Assembly (NCBI GenBank): GCA_030390025.1
Contig: CM059432.1
Location: forward strand, 149,670,001-149,734,000
Direction: 5' to 3'
DNA: 64,000 nt
Source: Squalus acanthias
Lineage: Eukaryota
Shown: positions 48,016-59,772 of the stretch, one piece after another
Numbering within the stretch: the first letter of the stretch is position 1
How the letters are laid out: the number at the start of each line of letters is the position of its first letter
Translations under genes and position numbers: made by a program
The notes under the pieces: model-generated
What the model was told of the DNA's origin: nothing
What the model saw: the letters and a program-made list of their open reading frames with translations, nothing else
The model's database searches: none

Positions 48016-48672
48016 GGGCTGGATTTTGATACTGGGGCGGGCTGGGGTCGTGTTATCCACTTTTCGTGTTATCCACCCGACTGCAATTGGATGTGGGAGA
48101 TTGATGCGATTTTCACTTAATTGGGCAATTGAGTTCCAGCATGTGGGAACCCATGACCCAATTAGTGTTTTCAGTCTAAAAGTCGTCTCTGATGATGTCA
48201 TCATTGCTGCTGCCTTCAAGGTCTGCAAAGACTGCCTGGCCTTTGCTGTGAGAGGACCTGGAGGCAAAATGAGCAGAAGCAGCAGCAGCCCTAAGTCTGC
48301 TCCCAGATATTTTACCACCACCACCACCCCGTTGTAATAGTGAACCTGCAACAGATAGTCAGCTATCGAAATGTGCTCCCGCGAGGTATCACATTCGTGG
48401 TTCAGAACAGGCGTGCTTTACGTAGAAAAAGGGTTAAAATCACAAAGGCCTTTCAAAATGGCATTATAGAGGCAATTTAGTGCTTGTTAAGGGCCTTAAC
48501 AGCCTATCCCGCCTCTTAGAGGTGGGACGGAGTCGGGACCAGCAGACACGATTTAATGAAAATTGCATGGAGGCGGGATGGAGGCTGGCTTGTGCCCGCC
48601 CGCCAGTTTTCGCAATTTTAACCCCCCACACGCCTCCAAACCCGCCTCCACGGGTCAATGAAAATTCTGCCC
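48016..48672 (-). mobile_element. Harbinger MITE copy B (inverted relative to A)
   Basis: TIR GGGCTGGATTTT / AAAATTCTGCCC; AAT on both sides; internal homology to copy A on the opposite strand. Confidence 0.88.
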
Positions 48673-50157
48673 AATGGCTTCAGTCTTCCCAGTATTTAGT
48701 TGGAGGAAATTTCTGCTCATCTGTGCATGTGTAATGAGACAGGGTTAATTAGTAATCTCATAGTAAAGGATCCTCTGGGGAAGAGTGATCATAATATAAT
48801 AGAATTTCACATCGAGTTTGAGTGTGAAATTATTAAATCCGAAATGAGAGTCTTATGAAGGTAGATAAGCAGTGGCAGACATTTAAAGAAATACTCCAAA
48901 ATTCTCAATGAATATACATTCCATTGAGAAAAAACGCCATGGGAAAAGGTGATCCATCTGTGGCTAACTAAAGAAGTTGAGGACAGTAGTCGATTAAAAG
49001 AAGAGGTTTATAATGTTGCAAAGAATATTAGTAAGCCTGAGAATTGGGAGAGCTTTAGAAACCAGCAAAGGATGACCAAAAAATTGATAAAAAGCGAAAA
49101 AATACAATGAGAGTAAACTAGCAAGAAACATAAAAACAGATTGTAAGAGCTTCTATAAGTATGTAAAAAGGAAGAGAGTAGCAAAAGTAAGTGTTGGTGC
49201 CTAGGCTGAGACAGGTGAAACTATAATGGGAATAAGGAAATGGAAGAGACTTTAAACAAATATTTTGTATCTGTCTTCACAGTAAAATACAAAAAAATAC
49301 CAAAAATAGTGGGGAACCAAGGGGCTAATAAGAGTGAGGAATTTAAAGTAATTAATATCAGTAGAGAAAAAGTATTTGAGAAACTAATGGGACTAAAAGC
49401 CAACGAATCCCCTGGACCGAATGGCCTATATCCTAGGGTTCTAAAAGAGGTGGCTTTTGAGATAGTAGATGAATTGTTGTGATCTGTCAAAATTCCCTAG
49501 ATTCTAGAATGGTCCCAGCGGATTGGAAGGTAGCAAATGTAACCCCGCTATTAAAGAAAGGAGGGAGAGCGAGAACAGAGAACTACAGACCAGTTAGCCT
49601 GACATCAGTTGTCGGGAAAATGCTAGAATCCATTATTAAGGAAGCGGTAACAGGGCTCTTAGAAAATCATAATATGATTAGACAGAGTCAATACAGTTTT
49701 ATTAAAGAGAAATCGTGTTTAACAAATTTATTAGAGTTATTTGAGTAACTAGCAGGGTAGATAAAGGGGAACCAGTGGATGTAGTATATTTGGATTTCCA
49801 AAAGGCATTTGATTAGGTGCCAAATAAAATGTTGCTACGCAAGATAAGGGCCCATGGGATTGAGGGTAATATATTAGCATGGATAGAGGATTGGCTAACA
49901 GACAGTAAACAGAGAGTAGGGATAAATGGATCATTTTCCGGTTGGCAGGCTGTAACTAGTGGGGTGCCGCAGGGATCAGTGCTTGGGCCGCAGCTGTTTA
50001 CAATCTATATTAATGACTTAGATGAAGGGACTGAGTGTAATGTATCCAAGTTTGCTGACGATACAAAGCCAGGTGGGAAAGTAAGCTGTGAGGAGGTCAC
50101 AAAGAGCCTGCATAGGGATATAGACAGGTTAAGTGACTGGGCAAGAACATGGCAGAT

Positions 50158-52285
50158 GGGCATCCATGAGGTGCTGTGGGCCATCAGCAGCAGCAGAACT
50201 GTATTCCAGCACAATCTGTAACCTCATGGCCCGCATATCCCTCACTCTACCATTACCATCAAGCCAGGGGACCAACCCTGGCTCTATAAGGAGTGTAGAA
50301 GAGCATGCCAGGAGCAGCACCAGGCGTACCTGAAAATGAGATGCCAACCTGGGGAAGCTGCAACATATAACTACATGCATGTTAAAAAGCGGAAGCAGCA
50401 TGCTATAGACAGGGCTAAGTGATCCCACAATTAACAGATCAGATTAAAGCTCTGCAGTCCTGCCACATCCAGTCGTGAATGGTGGTGGACAATTAAACAA
50501 CTAACGGGAGGAGGAGGCTCCATGAACATCCCCATCCTCAATGATGGTGAAGCCCAGCACGTGAGTGCAAAAGACAAGGCTGAAGCGTTTGCAACCAACT
50601 TCAGCCAGAAGTGCAGAGTGGATGATCCATATCGGCCTACTCCTGAGGTCCCCACCATCATAGAAGCCAGTTTTCAGCCAATTCGATTCACTCCACGTGA
50701 TATAAAGAAATGTCTGAGCGCACTGGATACAGCAAAGGCTGTGGGCCCCGACAACATCCCGGCTATCGTGCTGAAGACTTGTGCGCCAGAACTAGCCGCA
50801 CCTCTAGCCAAGCTGTTCCAGTGCAGCTACAACACTGGCATCTATCTGACAATGTGGAAAACTGCCCAGGTATGTGCTGTCCACAAAATGCAGGACAAAT
50901 CCAACCCGGCCAATTATCGCCCCATCAGTCTACTCTCAATCATCAGCAAAGTGATGGAAGGTGTCGTCGACAGTGCTATCAAGCGGCACTTACTCACCAA
51001 TAACCTGCTCACTGATGCCCAGTTTGGGTTCCGCCAAGACCACTTGGCTCCTGACCTCATTACAGCCTTGGTCCAAACATGGACAAAGGAGCTGAATTCC
51101 AGAGGTGAGGTGAGAGTGACTGCCCTTGACATCAAGGCAGCATTTGACCGAGTGTGGCATCAAGGAGCCCTAGTAAAACTGAAGTCAATGGGAATCAGGG
51201 GGAAAACGCTCCACTGGAGTCATACCTAGCACAAAGGAAGATGGTTGTGGTGGCTGAAGATCAATCATCACAGCCCCAGGACATCGCTGCAGGAGTTCCT
51301 CAGGGTAGTGTCCTAGGCCCAACCATCTTCAGCTGCTTCATCAATGACCTTCCCTCCAACATAAGGTCAGAAATGGGGATGTTCGCTGATGACTGCAGTG
51401 TTCAGCGCCATTCACAACTCCTCAGATAATGAAACAGTCCATGCCCGCATGCAACAAGACCTGGACGACGTTTAGGCTTGGGCTGATAAGTGGCAGGTGA
51501 CATTCATGTCACAGAAGTGCCAGGCAATGACTATCTCCAACAAGCAAGAGTCTAACCACCTCCCCTTGACATTCAACGGCATTACTATCGCCGAATCCCC
51601 CACCATCAACATCCTGGAGGTCACCATTGACCAGAAACTTAACTGGACCAGCCACATAAATACTGTGGCAACAAGAGCAGGTCAGAGGCTAGGTATTCTG
51701 CGGCGAGTGTCTCACCTCCTGATTCCCCAAAGCCTTTCCACCATCTACAAGGCACAAGTAAGGAGTGTGATGGAATACTCTCCACTTGCCTGGATGAGTG
51801 CAGCTCCAACAACACTCAAGAAGCTCGACACCATCCAGGACAAAGCAGCCTGCTTGATTGGCACCCCATCCACCCCCTTAAACATTCACTCCCTCCACCA
51901 CTGGCGCACCGTGGCTGCAGTGTGTACCATCTACAAGATGCACTGCAGCAACTCGCCAAGGCTTCTTCGGCAGCACCTCCCAAACCCACGACCTCTTCCA
52001 CCTAGAAGGACAAGGGCAGCAGGCGCATGGGAACACCACCACCTCCAAGTTCCCCTCCAAGTCACACACCATCCTGACTTAGAAGTATATCGCTGATCCT
52101 TCATCGTCGCTGGGTCAAAATCCTGGAACTCCCTGCTTAACAGCACTGTGGGAGTACCTTCACTACATGGACTGTAGCGGTTCAAGAAAGAGGCTCACCA
52201 CCACCTTCTCAAGGGCAATGTGGGATGGGCAATAAATGCTGGCCTTGCTAGTGACGCCCACATTCCATAATCAAATTTAAAAAAA
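50158..52285 (+). mobile_element. LINE family B, about 2.1 kb with RT domain
   Basis: KAVGPDNIP, NYRPISLLSIISKVME, QFGFRQ, ALDIKAAFDRVWH, GVPQGSVLGP, MFADD. Confidence 0.9.
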
Positions 52286-53038
52286 TAACGTGGAGAAATG
52301 TGACGTTATTTAGTTTGGTAGGAAGAATAGAAAAACAGAATATTTTTTAAATGGTGAGGAACTATTAAATGTTGGTGTTCAGAGAGATTTAGGTGTCCTC
52401 GTACAGGAAACACAGAATTAGAATGCAGGTACAGCAAGCAATTAGGAAGGCAAATGGGCATGTTGGCCTTTATTGCAAGGGGGTTGGAGTACAAGAGTAA
52501 GGAAGTCTTACTACAATTGTACAGGGTCTTGGTAAGACCACACCTGGGGTACTGTGCACAGTTTTGGTCTCCTTATCTGAGAAAGGATATACTTGCCTTA
52601 GAGGCGGTGCAACGAAGGTTCACTAGATTGATCCCTGGGATGAGAGGGCTGTCCTATCATGAGAGATTGTGTAGATTGAGCCTATACTCTCTGGAGTTTA
52701 GAAGAATAAGAGGTGATCTCATTGAAACATAAGATTCTGAGGGGGATTGACAGGGTAGATGCTGAGAGGTTGTTTCCCCTGGCTGGAGAGTTTAGAACTA
52801 GGGGGCATAGTCTCAGGATAAGGGATAGGCCATTTAAGACTGAGATGAGGAGGAATTTCTTCACTCAGAGGGTTGTGAATCTCTGGAATTCTCTGCCCCA
52901 GAGGGCTGTGAATGCTGAGTCTTTGAGTATATTCAAGGCTGAGATCGATAGATTTTTGGACTCTAGGGGAATCAAGGGATATGGAGATCAGGCGGGAAAG
53001 TGGAATTGAGGTCAAAGATCAGCCATGATCTCATTGAA

Positions 53039-53220
53039 TGGTGGAGCAGGCTCGAGGGGCCGAGTGGCGGAGCAGGCTCGAGGGGCCGTGTGACGGAGCA
53101 GGCTTGAGGGGCCGTGTGGTGGAGCAGGCTCGAGGGGCCGTGTGGTGGAGCAGGCTCGAGGGGCCGTGTGGCGGAGCAGGCTCGAGGGGCCGTGTGGCGG
53201 AGCAGGCTCGAGGGGCCTTA
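53039..53220 (+). repeat. 26-bp tandem repeat x7 inside CR1 3' UTR
   Basis: Unit TGGYGGAGCAGGCTCGAGGGGCCGTG. Confidence 0.9.
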
Positions 53221-53754
53221 TGGCCTACGCCTGCTCCTAATTCTTATGTTCTTATGCTCATCCAATATTAGATGTCGGACAAGCAGTGTGACAAATCAGA
53301 GACAGTGGAGTGGTCCAAAGAGGTGATGGTGAGATAGAGCTGAACGTCGTCGGCATACATGTGGAACCTGATATTGTGTTGTCGGATGATATCATCGAGG
53401 GGCAGCACATAGATGAGAAACAGAAGGGTGCCAAGGATAGATCAGGGAGGCAAGGGCAGCAGAAGTGGCAGCGGGGGGAGCGGGAAGAATTGGTAAGGGG
53501 AGTTTTGGGCGAGAGTCCAGATTTTTTTGCAGGTCTTGGACAGGTAATGTTGTGGAGATCAATGCCACAAGGCCCCATGCTTTGGAGTAAGAGCTGGGGA
53601 TTCAGTGACAGGTAAGTAATTTAAGTGGGACAGAAGTGATTCAGACAGGCTTGATGGCTAAAGTGTGATTGAACTCTGCGCATATATATTCATTTTATAA
53701 TACAAGATAGATACAAGCTTGAATGTTTGGCATTACATTCATGAGAGCATAATA

Positions 53755-54125
53755 TAAGAACATAAGAAATAGGAGCAGGAGTAGGCCACACAGCCTCTCG
53801 AGCCTGCTCCACTATTTAATAAGATCATGGCTGATCTTTGACCTCAACTGCACTTTCCCGCCCGATCCCCATATCTCTTGATTCCTTTAGTGTCCAAAAA
53901 TCTATTGATCTCAGTCTTGAATATACTCAACGACTGAGCCTCCACTGTCCTCTGAGGTAGAGAATTCCAAAGATTCACCACCCTCTGAGTGAAGAAGTTT
54001 CTCCTCATCTCAGTCCTAAATGGCCGACCCCTTATCCTGAGACTGTGACCCCTGGTTCTAGACTCTCCAGCCATGGGAAACAACCTCTCAGCATCTACCC
54101 TGTCAAGCCCTGTAAGAATTTCATA
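53755..54125 (-). mobile_element. CR1 3' end
   Basis: GESRTRGHSLRIRGRPFRTEMRRNFFTQRVVNLWNSLP. Confidence 0.88.
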
Positions 54126-54680
54126 AAATACTTTTCGATATCTCAGCCTGCTCTAAGTAACCAATGTAGAGATAGTCTTAATCTTGTATAATATCTGCCT
54201 TAAACTGTTCTAATATTTACATCTGATTAAGCTGCTGCCATTCTTATCACAGTTCACCGAGCACAGAACACCAGTTGTCAAGGTGTATTTGTCTAGGTCA
54301 ATCGGGCAGTCCGTACTACTTTGAGCATCTAAGGCTTGTGCAATTAGTTTTATATCTCGTTCCGATTACTCTTGTGTATGGTCTTGCTACAAAACATCTG
54401 TATAATGAGCTATACACTTCAATGTCCCGAACAGTACAGCACAATGTCAGCATCACTGGACTTTGGGCAATTGCAGTGTTGGTGAGATGTTCTTACTGTA
54501 TCGATGCCTGTGTGACTGAGGCAGATGCCACTGATATTGCCACGACGGTCACTGCTGAACTGCACTGTGGGTGGTGATTGGTCTATTCTAACCATATCAC
54601 CTTCCACTACTGTACAGCAAGTGACTGTTCAAACTCTGTTCTATCAGCCTTGGTTGTATTGTACTCTCACTAAGGTCTCT

Positions 54681-55574
54681 GGGGGAGAAATCGGAAGTTT
54701 TAGCGCCGGCCACTACCGCCATGAAAGGCGAAAAGACAGCGGCCGGCGCTCTTCCGCCAGCTGGTGGCGGATCCATCGGCGTGGGCCATTTTCGAGCTGC
54801 CGATAAACACTAGCGCCAGGGACATTTAACTGACAGAGATCGTGATGCCAGTGAGTGTGTAATGCTCACTTGACGCCCGATCGGCAACACTGGATTTAGC
54901 CACTTACCTTACCGACAGGGAGAGCTGGTGTTTACCAGCAGGAAGCAGGCTGCAGCAACGATGTTTAAAGGCACCGCCCCCAATCAGCTGGACCTGACAG
55001 GTTTCTGCAGTTTCAGTGCCTGTTTGCTACTTCCTGCAACTGAAACAGCTTCCTTTAGTTATTTCAAGTTTTTTTGGTGACAGGGCGTGTTGATTCAAGG
55101 GCAGAAATCCCTCAATATTTGTTAAAGGATTCTGCTCACAACCCTAGCTCACAGTCACGGGGGCTGTACTAGCAGTCAACCTCACTCTCCAGGATCTACA
55201 GCAGAGAGAGCGGAGACAGCGAGGAAGACGGGAACCTGTGCGCAGAGGGAGGAGGAGGAGGAGAGCTCTCAACAGGAGGCCTTGCCCAGCTAGGGTCTTC
55301 CGACAGCACTTCTCCAACCTCCACTTAAGTGAGGAGCAGTGTCTTAGGAGGCTACGCTTCAGCAAGGAGGTGGTCACAGAACTCTGCCACCTCCTGCAAC
55401 TAGACCTGCAGCCTCAGAGCAGGGCGAACACGGCTCTCCCAGTGGCAGTCAAGGTCATCGTGGCCCTCAATTTCTTTGCCAGCGGATCCCTCCAGTCTGC
55501 AGCAGGAGACTTAGTTAACATCTCCTAGTTCGCTGTCCACCTCTGCATCCGGGAGGTCACAGAGGCTCTCTACA
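54681..55574 (+). mobile_element. Harbinger left end and transposase N-terminal half
   Basis: Start GGGGGAGAAATC; EEQCLRRLRFSKEVV, LPVAVKVIVALNFFASGSLQ, ...REVTEALY. Confidence 0.85.
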
Positions 55575-56592
55575 TCACTGTAAGATTTGGGTCACAGGTC
55601 ACACACAGATTACCCAAAGGGTCTTAGGAGTGATAGTTCGGTTTATTGAGGAGCAGCAGTTTAAGTTAAGTGCAACACGCAATCAAGATAGACATATGAC
55701 CATGACAAGCAGCTGGTATCGGTCCCGATCAGACAGACGGCTGGCGCACGTGAACAGTTGTCCGGCTTACGGCCTTTCTCCCTCTCAGCTAGAACCTCCA
55801 AGAATGGGTTGAGTCTGCTCCCAGAGGCGTGTTAGACCAGCCTCACTCTTGTACGGCTCTCCCCTCCACCGTCTGCTATTCTCTGCCTGGAACTCGATAT
55901 TTCGTTCTAATATTTGTTCCAGCTTTTTCCGTTTATAATGCGCCTAGTCATGCCCCTTCTGTTCCCACCGCAACCGACTGTGCAGGACGGCAATGCTTCC
56001 CTGCCAACCTTCGCTCTCTTTCTGGAGCCTATCTGCCTGTTCTTTTAACTCTGGTTTATTTTTTTTTAACTGTGAGGTGCACACGTGTGCGCCGGAGGCC
56101 AACTTATCTCGGCCTTTTTTCAGCTTAAGCTTGAGTTTCTGGACATCCTCAGAGAGTCTGTCAAGAACACAATCACAGTTCCCGTCACACTCCTCTAGAA
56201 TGTCTGTCGCCCCAGGCGCGCCGGTCTTCACTGCCAGGCTATCCATTAACTGTTCCCGGTGATATGCCAATGCCATTGTATCTCTGGTTTCACACATTCG
56301 ACACGCTCCCTCTAACTCTCTCAGAGAGTTCCCTACCCAATCTAAGCGTCGATCACGCGCGGTCGACCAAGTCTTCCCGGCTCTCACAACAAGGAGGTCT
56401 GTATGACTCCCGCTCTGTGATCCCACTTCTGACACCACTGTAACTTCTTAAACATTCATAGTCAGGGAAGCTTTCACCCTTTAACACACACTTTAACATA
56501 AAATGAAATTCCAGCATTTCTTAAGGTTCCTTTCACTCAGCAAATCTTGTGTTTTATTTTTCTCGGCACAGAAAGCTTCCGTGTCGGTTTCA
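55575..56592 (-). mobile_element. LTR retroelement remnant (LTR end, tRNA-Leu PBS, gag-like coiled-coil ORF)
   Basis: Minus strand ...GTTACA-G-TGGTGTCAGAAGTGGGAT (PBS 56420-56437) followed by ORF 55944-56438. Confidence 0.65.
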
Positions 56593-56841
56593 ACTTTATG
56601 TGAGTAGCAGCCTTTGTGGTTCCGGAAGATCTCAGGATTCTTACACGGTGCCCGCAAAGCCACGTGTGCGCAGTCAATGGCGCCCTGCACCATGGGGAAG
56701 CCCGCTATCCTTGCAAAGCCATGTGTGCGCAGTCGATGGCGCCCTGCACCATGGGGAATCCCGCTATCCTTGCAAAGCCACGTGAGCGCTCATCCTACTT
56801 CTCTCTGCAGAGAGAGAAGCCAATGTAGTCCTTTCTCCTGG
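56593..56841 (-). pseudogene. Inverted middle part of Harbinger transposase with 59-bp tandem duplication
   Basis: RRKDYIGFSLCREK*DERSRGFARIAGFPMVQGAIDCAH...FRNHKGCYSH. Confidence 0.8.
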
Positions 56842-57709
56842 GTATCTGCATACCTAATCCTGCTTCTCTCATCCCACTTCTCCCTCATCCCTCAATCTCT
56901 TCTGATTGAGAAGCTGCAGAGGGTGTAAGCACGCACTTCTTACTTTCTCCTATCCCCTCACCACAACCCAACCCTTGTCTCTTTCTCATTTCATATAGCC
57001 AGGAACTGGAACCACCCCAGTCAGTGGAGGAAGAGGAAGAGAGTGAAGATGAAGAGACACCGCCACTCGATCTCATAGTCACGCCACCAATCCGATACTG
57101 ACACCACATATATTGGACCAGAGCTTCTCAAACTGGGGTCTGGAGAGACTTTCCAGGGGTCCGTGACTGTTAGTAATTTCCAGCCTGCTCCTCTTTATAA
57201 AACCGACACTGATTCAGTTCTTGTGAATTATCCTCAATGGCTGGGCTCACCACCTCACGCAGGCCCACAGCTCTCACTCACTTTGCAACGAGTGCTCCCT
57301 GCCGGTCGAGCCAATTCCTCTCCCTGGTGCCATCCTCCCGACACTTCATCAGAGCGCCTCCCGGGCCCTGAACGTGTTGATGCAAACACGTACAATCCCA
57401 GTGCAGCTGTTACAGAACATGCCAGTGGGACAGTATGGCGATGAGTCATGCTTCCAGCAGCATCCCAGCATGTGCAATGGGTGCTCGTGCCCTCACTCAC
57501 CTTCACTAACCTGCTGACGGCTTTAAAAATCACCCCCAACACCCCTTCCCCTTCCCACGGCACCTTCCTGTGCAAGCGCAGGAGATGCAACACCTGCCAG
57601 TTCACCTCCTCCCTTCCCACTGTCCAGGGCTCCAAACACTTATTCCAGGTGAAACAGCGATTTACTTGTACTTCTTGCAATTTAGTATACTGTATTCGCT
57701 GCTCACGAT

Positions 57710-59185
57710 CATAGACATTTACAGCACAGAAGGAGGCCATTTGGCCCATCTTGTCCGTGACGGCCGACAAAGAGCTATCCAGCCTAATCCCACTTTCCAG
57801 CTCTTGGTCCGTATCCTTGTAGGTTACAGCACTTCAAGTGCATATCCAAGTACTTTTTAAACGTGATGACGGTTTCTGCCTCTACCACCCTTTCAGGCAG
57901 TGAGTTCCAGACCCCCACCACCCATCTGAGTGAAAAAATGTCTCCTCAACTCTCCTCTAAATCTTCCACCAATTACTTTAAATCTGTGCCCCCTGGTTAT
58001 TGACCCTCTGCTAAGGAAAATAAGTCCTTCCTGTCCACTCTACCTAGGCTCCTCATAATTTTATACACCTCAATTAGGTCTCCCCTCAGCCTCCTCTGTA
58101 CCAAAGAAAACAACCCCAGCCTATCCAGTCTTGCCTCATAGCTAAAATTCCACAGCCCAGGCAACATCCTTGTAAATCTCCTCTGCACCCCCTCTAGTGC
58201 AATCACATCCTTCCTGTAATGTGGTGACCAGAACTGCATGCAGTATTCTAGCTGCGGCCTAACTAGTGTTTTATACAGTTCAAGGATAACCTCCCTGCTC
58301 TTATATTCTATGCCTCGGCTAATAAAGGCAAGTATCCCGTATGCCTTCTTAACCACCTTATCTACCTGTCCTGTTACCTTCAGGGATCTGTGGACATGCA
58401 CTCCAAGGTCCCCCTGATCTTCTGCACTTCTCAGTGTCCTACCATTTATAGTGTATTCCCTTGCCTTGTTAGCCCTCCCCAAATGCATTACCTCACACTT
58501 CTCCAGATTGAATTCCATTTGCCACTGTTCTGCCCACCTGACCAGTCCATTGATATCTTCCTGCAGTCTGCAGCTTTCTTCTTCATTATCAACCACACAG
58601 CCAATTTTTGTATCATCTGCAAACTTCTTAATCATACTTCCTACATTCAAGTCCAAATCATTGATATATACCACAAAAAGCAAAGGACCCAGTACTGAGC
58701 CCTGCGGAACCCCACTGGAAACAGCCTTCCAGTCACAAAAACACCCTTCGCCCATTACCCTTTGTTTCCTGCCTCTGAGCAATTTTGGATCCAACTTGCC
58801 ACTTTGCCTTGGATCCCATGGGCTTTTACCTTCATGACCAGTCTGCCATGTGGGACCTTATCAAAAGCCTTGCTAAAATCCATATAGACAACATCAAACG
58901 CACTACCCTCATCGACCCTCCTTGTTACCTCCTCAAAAAATTCAATCAAGTTAGTCAGACACGACCTTCCCTTAACAAATCCATGCTGACTGTCCCTGAT
59001 TAATCTGTGTCTTTCTAAATGAAGATTTATCCATGCGGACTGTCCCTGATTAATCCGCGTCTTTCTAAATGAAGATTTATCCTGCCCCTCAGAATTTTTT
59101 CCCAATAATTTTCCCACCGCCGAGATTAGGCTGACTGGCCTATAATTACTCGGTCTATCCCTTTCTCCCTTTATAAACAACGGAA
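57710..59185 (-). mobile_element. CR1 LINE (RT to 3' end)
   Basis: 265-aa ORF with GVPQGSVLGPLLFVVYINDLD and KFADDTK. Confidence 0.92.
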
Positions 59186-59735
59186 ACAGGTCTCCTCTAC
59201 ATTGGGGAGACCAAATGCAGATTGGGTGACCACTTTGCAGAACACCTCCTTTCAGTCCGTAAGGGTGACCCCGAGCTTCCGGTCGCCTGTCACTTTAATT
59301 CTCCGCTCCACTCCCACTCTGATCTCTCTATCCTCGGCCTCCTGCACTGTTCCAACGAAGTTCAACGTAAGCTCGAGGAACAGCACCTCATCTCTCGATT
59401 AGGCACTTTACAGCCTTCTGGACTCAACATCGAGTTCAACAATTTCAGACCATAACCTCTACCCCTATTTTGTTTTTTATTAAAAAAATTTCTCTCTCTC
59501 ACATGGCAGCTGTTGATGATTCTGCCATTGCCATTTACACTTCATCTAGACTCATCTTTTGTTTCTTAACTTGTCCATTACCATCTCTTTTTGCCTTGCA
59601 CCATCATCCCTTTTGTCTTTTAATCTCTCCTGCCTTCCATCCTAACACAGACCTTCCCTTGTGTTCTTTCCTCCCCTCCCCCCTCTCCCTGCCCCTGCAC
59701 TTGCTTAAAAACCTGTTCCATCTCCAACTTTTTCC

Positions 59736-59772
59736 AGTTCTGATGAAGGGTCATCGACCTGAAACGTTAACT
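59736..59772 (+). ncRNA. Minimal type I hammerhead ribozyme motif
   Basis: AGTT-CTGATGA-A-GGGTC(ATC)GACCT-GAAA-CG-TT-AACT. Confidence 0.7.

Larger units (their letters stand above)
48735..53255 (+). mobile_element. Long decayed CR1 ORF2 interrupted by LINE-B
   Basis: SPGPNGLYPRVLKE, NYRPVSLTSVVGKMLE, KFADDTK, LYRVLVRPHL; 3' stem-loop and tail. Confidence 0.9.
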
